A stretch of DNA of 64,000 bases from Eledone cirrhosa (taxonomy: Eukaryota): contig OZ024740.1 of the NCBI GenBank assembly GCA_964016885.1, positions 364,994,001 to 365,058,000 of the forward strand. The letters run 5' to 3'. This document shows, in pieces, positions 62,619-64,000 of the stretch. A program made the translations under genes and the position numbers. Every line of letters starts with the position of its first letter. Position 1 is the stretch's first letter. The notes below the pieces were generated by a model. It ran no database searches and was not told the DNA's origin. It saw nothing but the letters and a program-made list of their open reading frames with translations.

Positions 62619-64000
62619 GTGCTATGCAACGGGACTGAATCTAAAATCACAAGTTGTTAAGTGAACTTCTTAATCACACAGCCATATCCGTACCTATGCA
62701 TTAAATATAAGTAACTTTAATGTTTAAATATATACATTTAATATAAGTACCTTTAATGTTTAAATATATAAATATGTTTTAACATTAAATTATGTCCCCA
62801 TATCAATCTATTTGTTTATTATCCTATATAGTATTGTGTACATGTGTGCATGTGTATGTTTTGCATACATGAAAATGTATGTGAAAATGTAGGAAGGTAG
62901 GAGTATGACGCACATGTGTATGTATTTGTGTATGTTAGAATGTAAGTAGGTAGTAGATGTACACATATGTGTGTGTGTTTGAATGCAAGAGTGTAGGTAT
63001 ATGGGTGCATGTGTTATGTAACAGTGGAGATTGGTAGGTGTGTGTGTATCTATGGTAGAGTGTAGGTTGGTGGGTAGGTTTATGTACATATGGTGTGTAT
63101 GTGAATGAGAATGTGTATGTATGTGAGTGTATGTATACCTGATCAAAAATGAATGTGAAACAAGCAAAAAATTCTTGATTTAAGAAACAAAGAAATAAAT
63201 GTTCATTTTTGTTCAAATGAAATTATTTATTTGATTAAGAATTTAAAAAATGATTAAAATTTTATTCATAATTAAAATGTTTATTCAACCCAAATTTAAT
63301 AATTAATGCTTCTGACATTTTAATCCTGTTTCTTTTTTTTTTTTTTAATGATACTGTCAGCAAGTTTTTTTACAAAAATAAAGTTTCTGATTTGTTCTCT
63401 TTCCCTACTGAACTGATGTAAATAAAGATTCTTTGCTTTGAAAAGTTCTTTTATTCATCTTTGACTTAATAATCTTCCAGTTTGGAAAATGTCCAAACCA
63501 AAACAAAGTAAAACATTTCATGATCTCTCAGAAACCTTTTGGGAAGAATTATTAGGAACATTACCATGTTGGTATATTTCTTACCAGTCTGACAATACAG
63601 CAATCAGTTTAATATGACTAGTAAACCATAACATTCAAAGATACTATATAGCTAATATAGACAGACTCTATTGTAGAATTACTGGCATTAATCTGATAAA
63701 TATATACAAAATAAAATCATTTGAAATGCCATGAACAATTTAAATACTGGGTTTTGACTGACTGTTTCCTTTTTGTGTCAGTTGCCATTCAGACATCCGG
63801 TGTCATTTTCCTCTGTAAAATCTGGAGATGGGCATCTGGCCTAAAGACAGAGTCCCATAAAATGGAATGGCTGATGCAGTGAATATTGCTGGCTGTTCTC
63901 CATGGCAATGCTTTCACCTTCATGTCCACAGGCCCAGCTAAGATGTACCACCCAGCCAAAGGAGTAAAATTTGTCCATTCTCCATTCCCCCCATTTATTT

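Noticed and set aside
63780-64000. GC-richer segment that could be an exon
   Set aside because: No recognisable protein in any frame and truncated by the window edge.

Overview
AT-rich, repeat-saturated animal genomic DNA. The mix of repeats ((CAT)n-tailed RTE LINEs carrying a PHD-type finger, tRNA-derived SINEs, dense (TA)n/(CA)n tracts) looks like an octopod cephalopod, but that is an inference. No intact host gene can be confirmed; the only candidate is a Cys-rich exon at ~21.67 kb that runs into a Pro-rich array and then a 43-bp minisatellite. The rest is transposon-derived: decayed RTE LINEs (one near full length at 9.4-13.5 kb), two Helitron PIF1-helicase relics, SINEs and DNA-transposon MITEs. 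A Penelope-like element (RT plus C-terminal GIY-YIG, 31.9-36.6 kb) has ~800-bp inverted ends and an in-frame TGA at a Cys position. The main hidden signal is non-coding. By eye I find about 20 intact, degenerate or partial type I hammerhead ribozyme motifs, many in small fold-back elements between (TA)n tracts. Several unrelated families share a terminal TACTC...GAGT(G/A)C hairpin, and one forms a 634-bp retrozyme-like 1.5-mer with a complete hammerhead. All folds and alignments were done manually.
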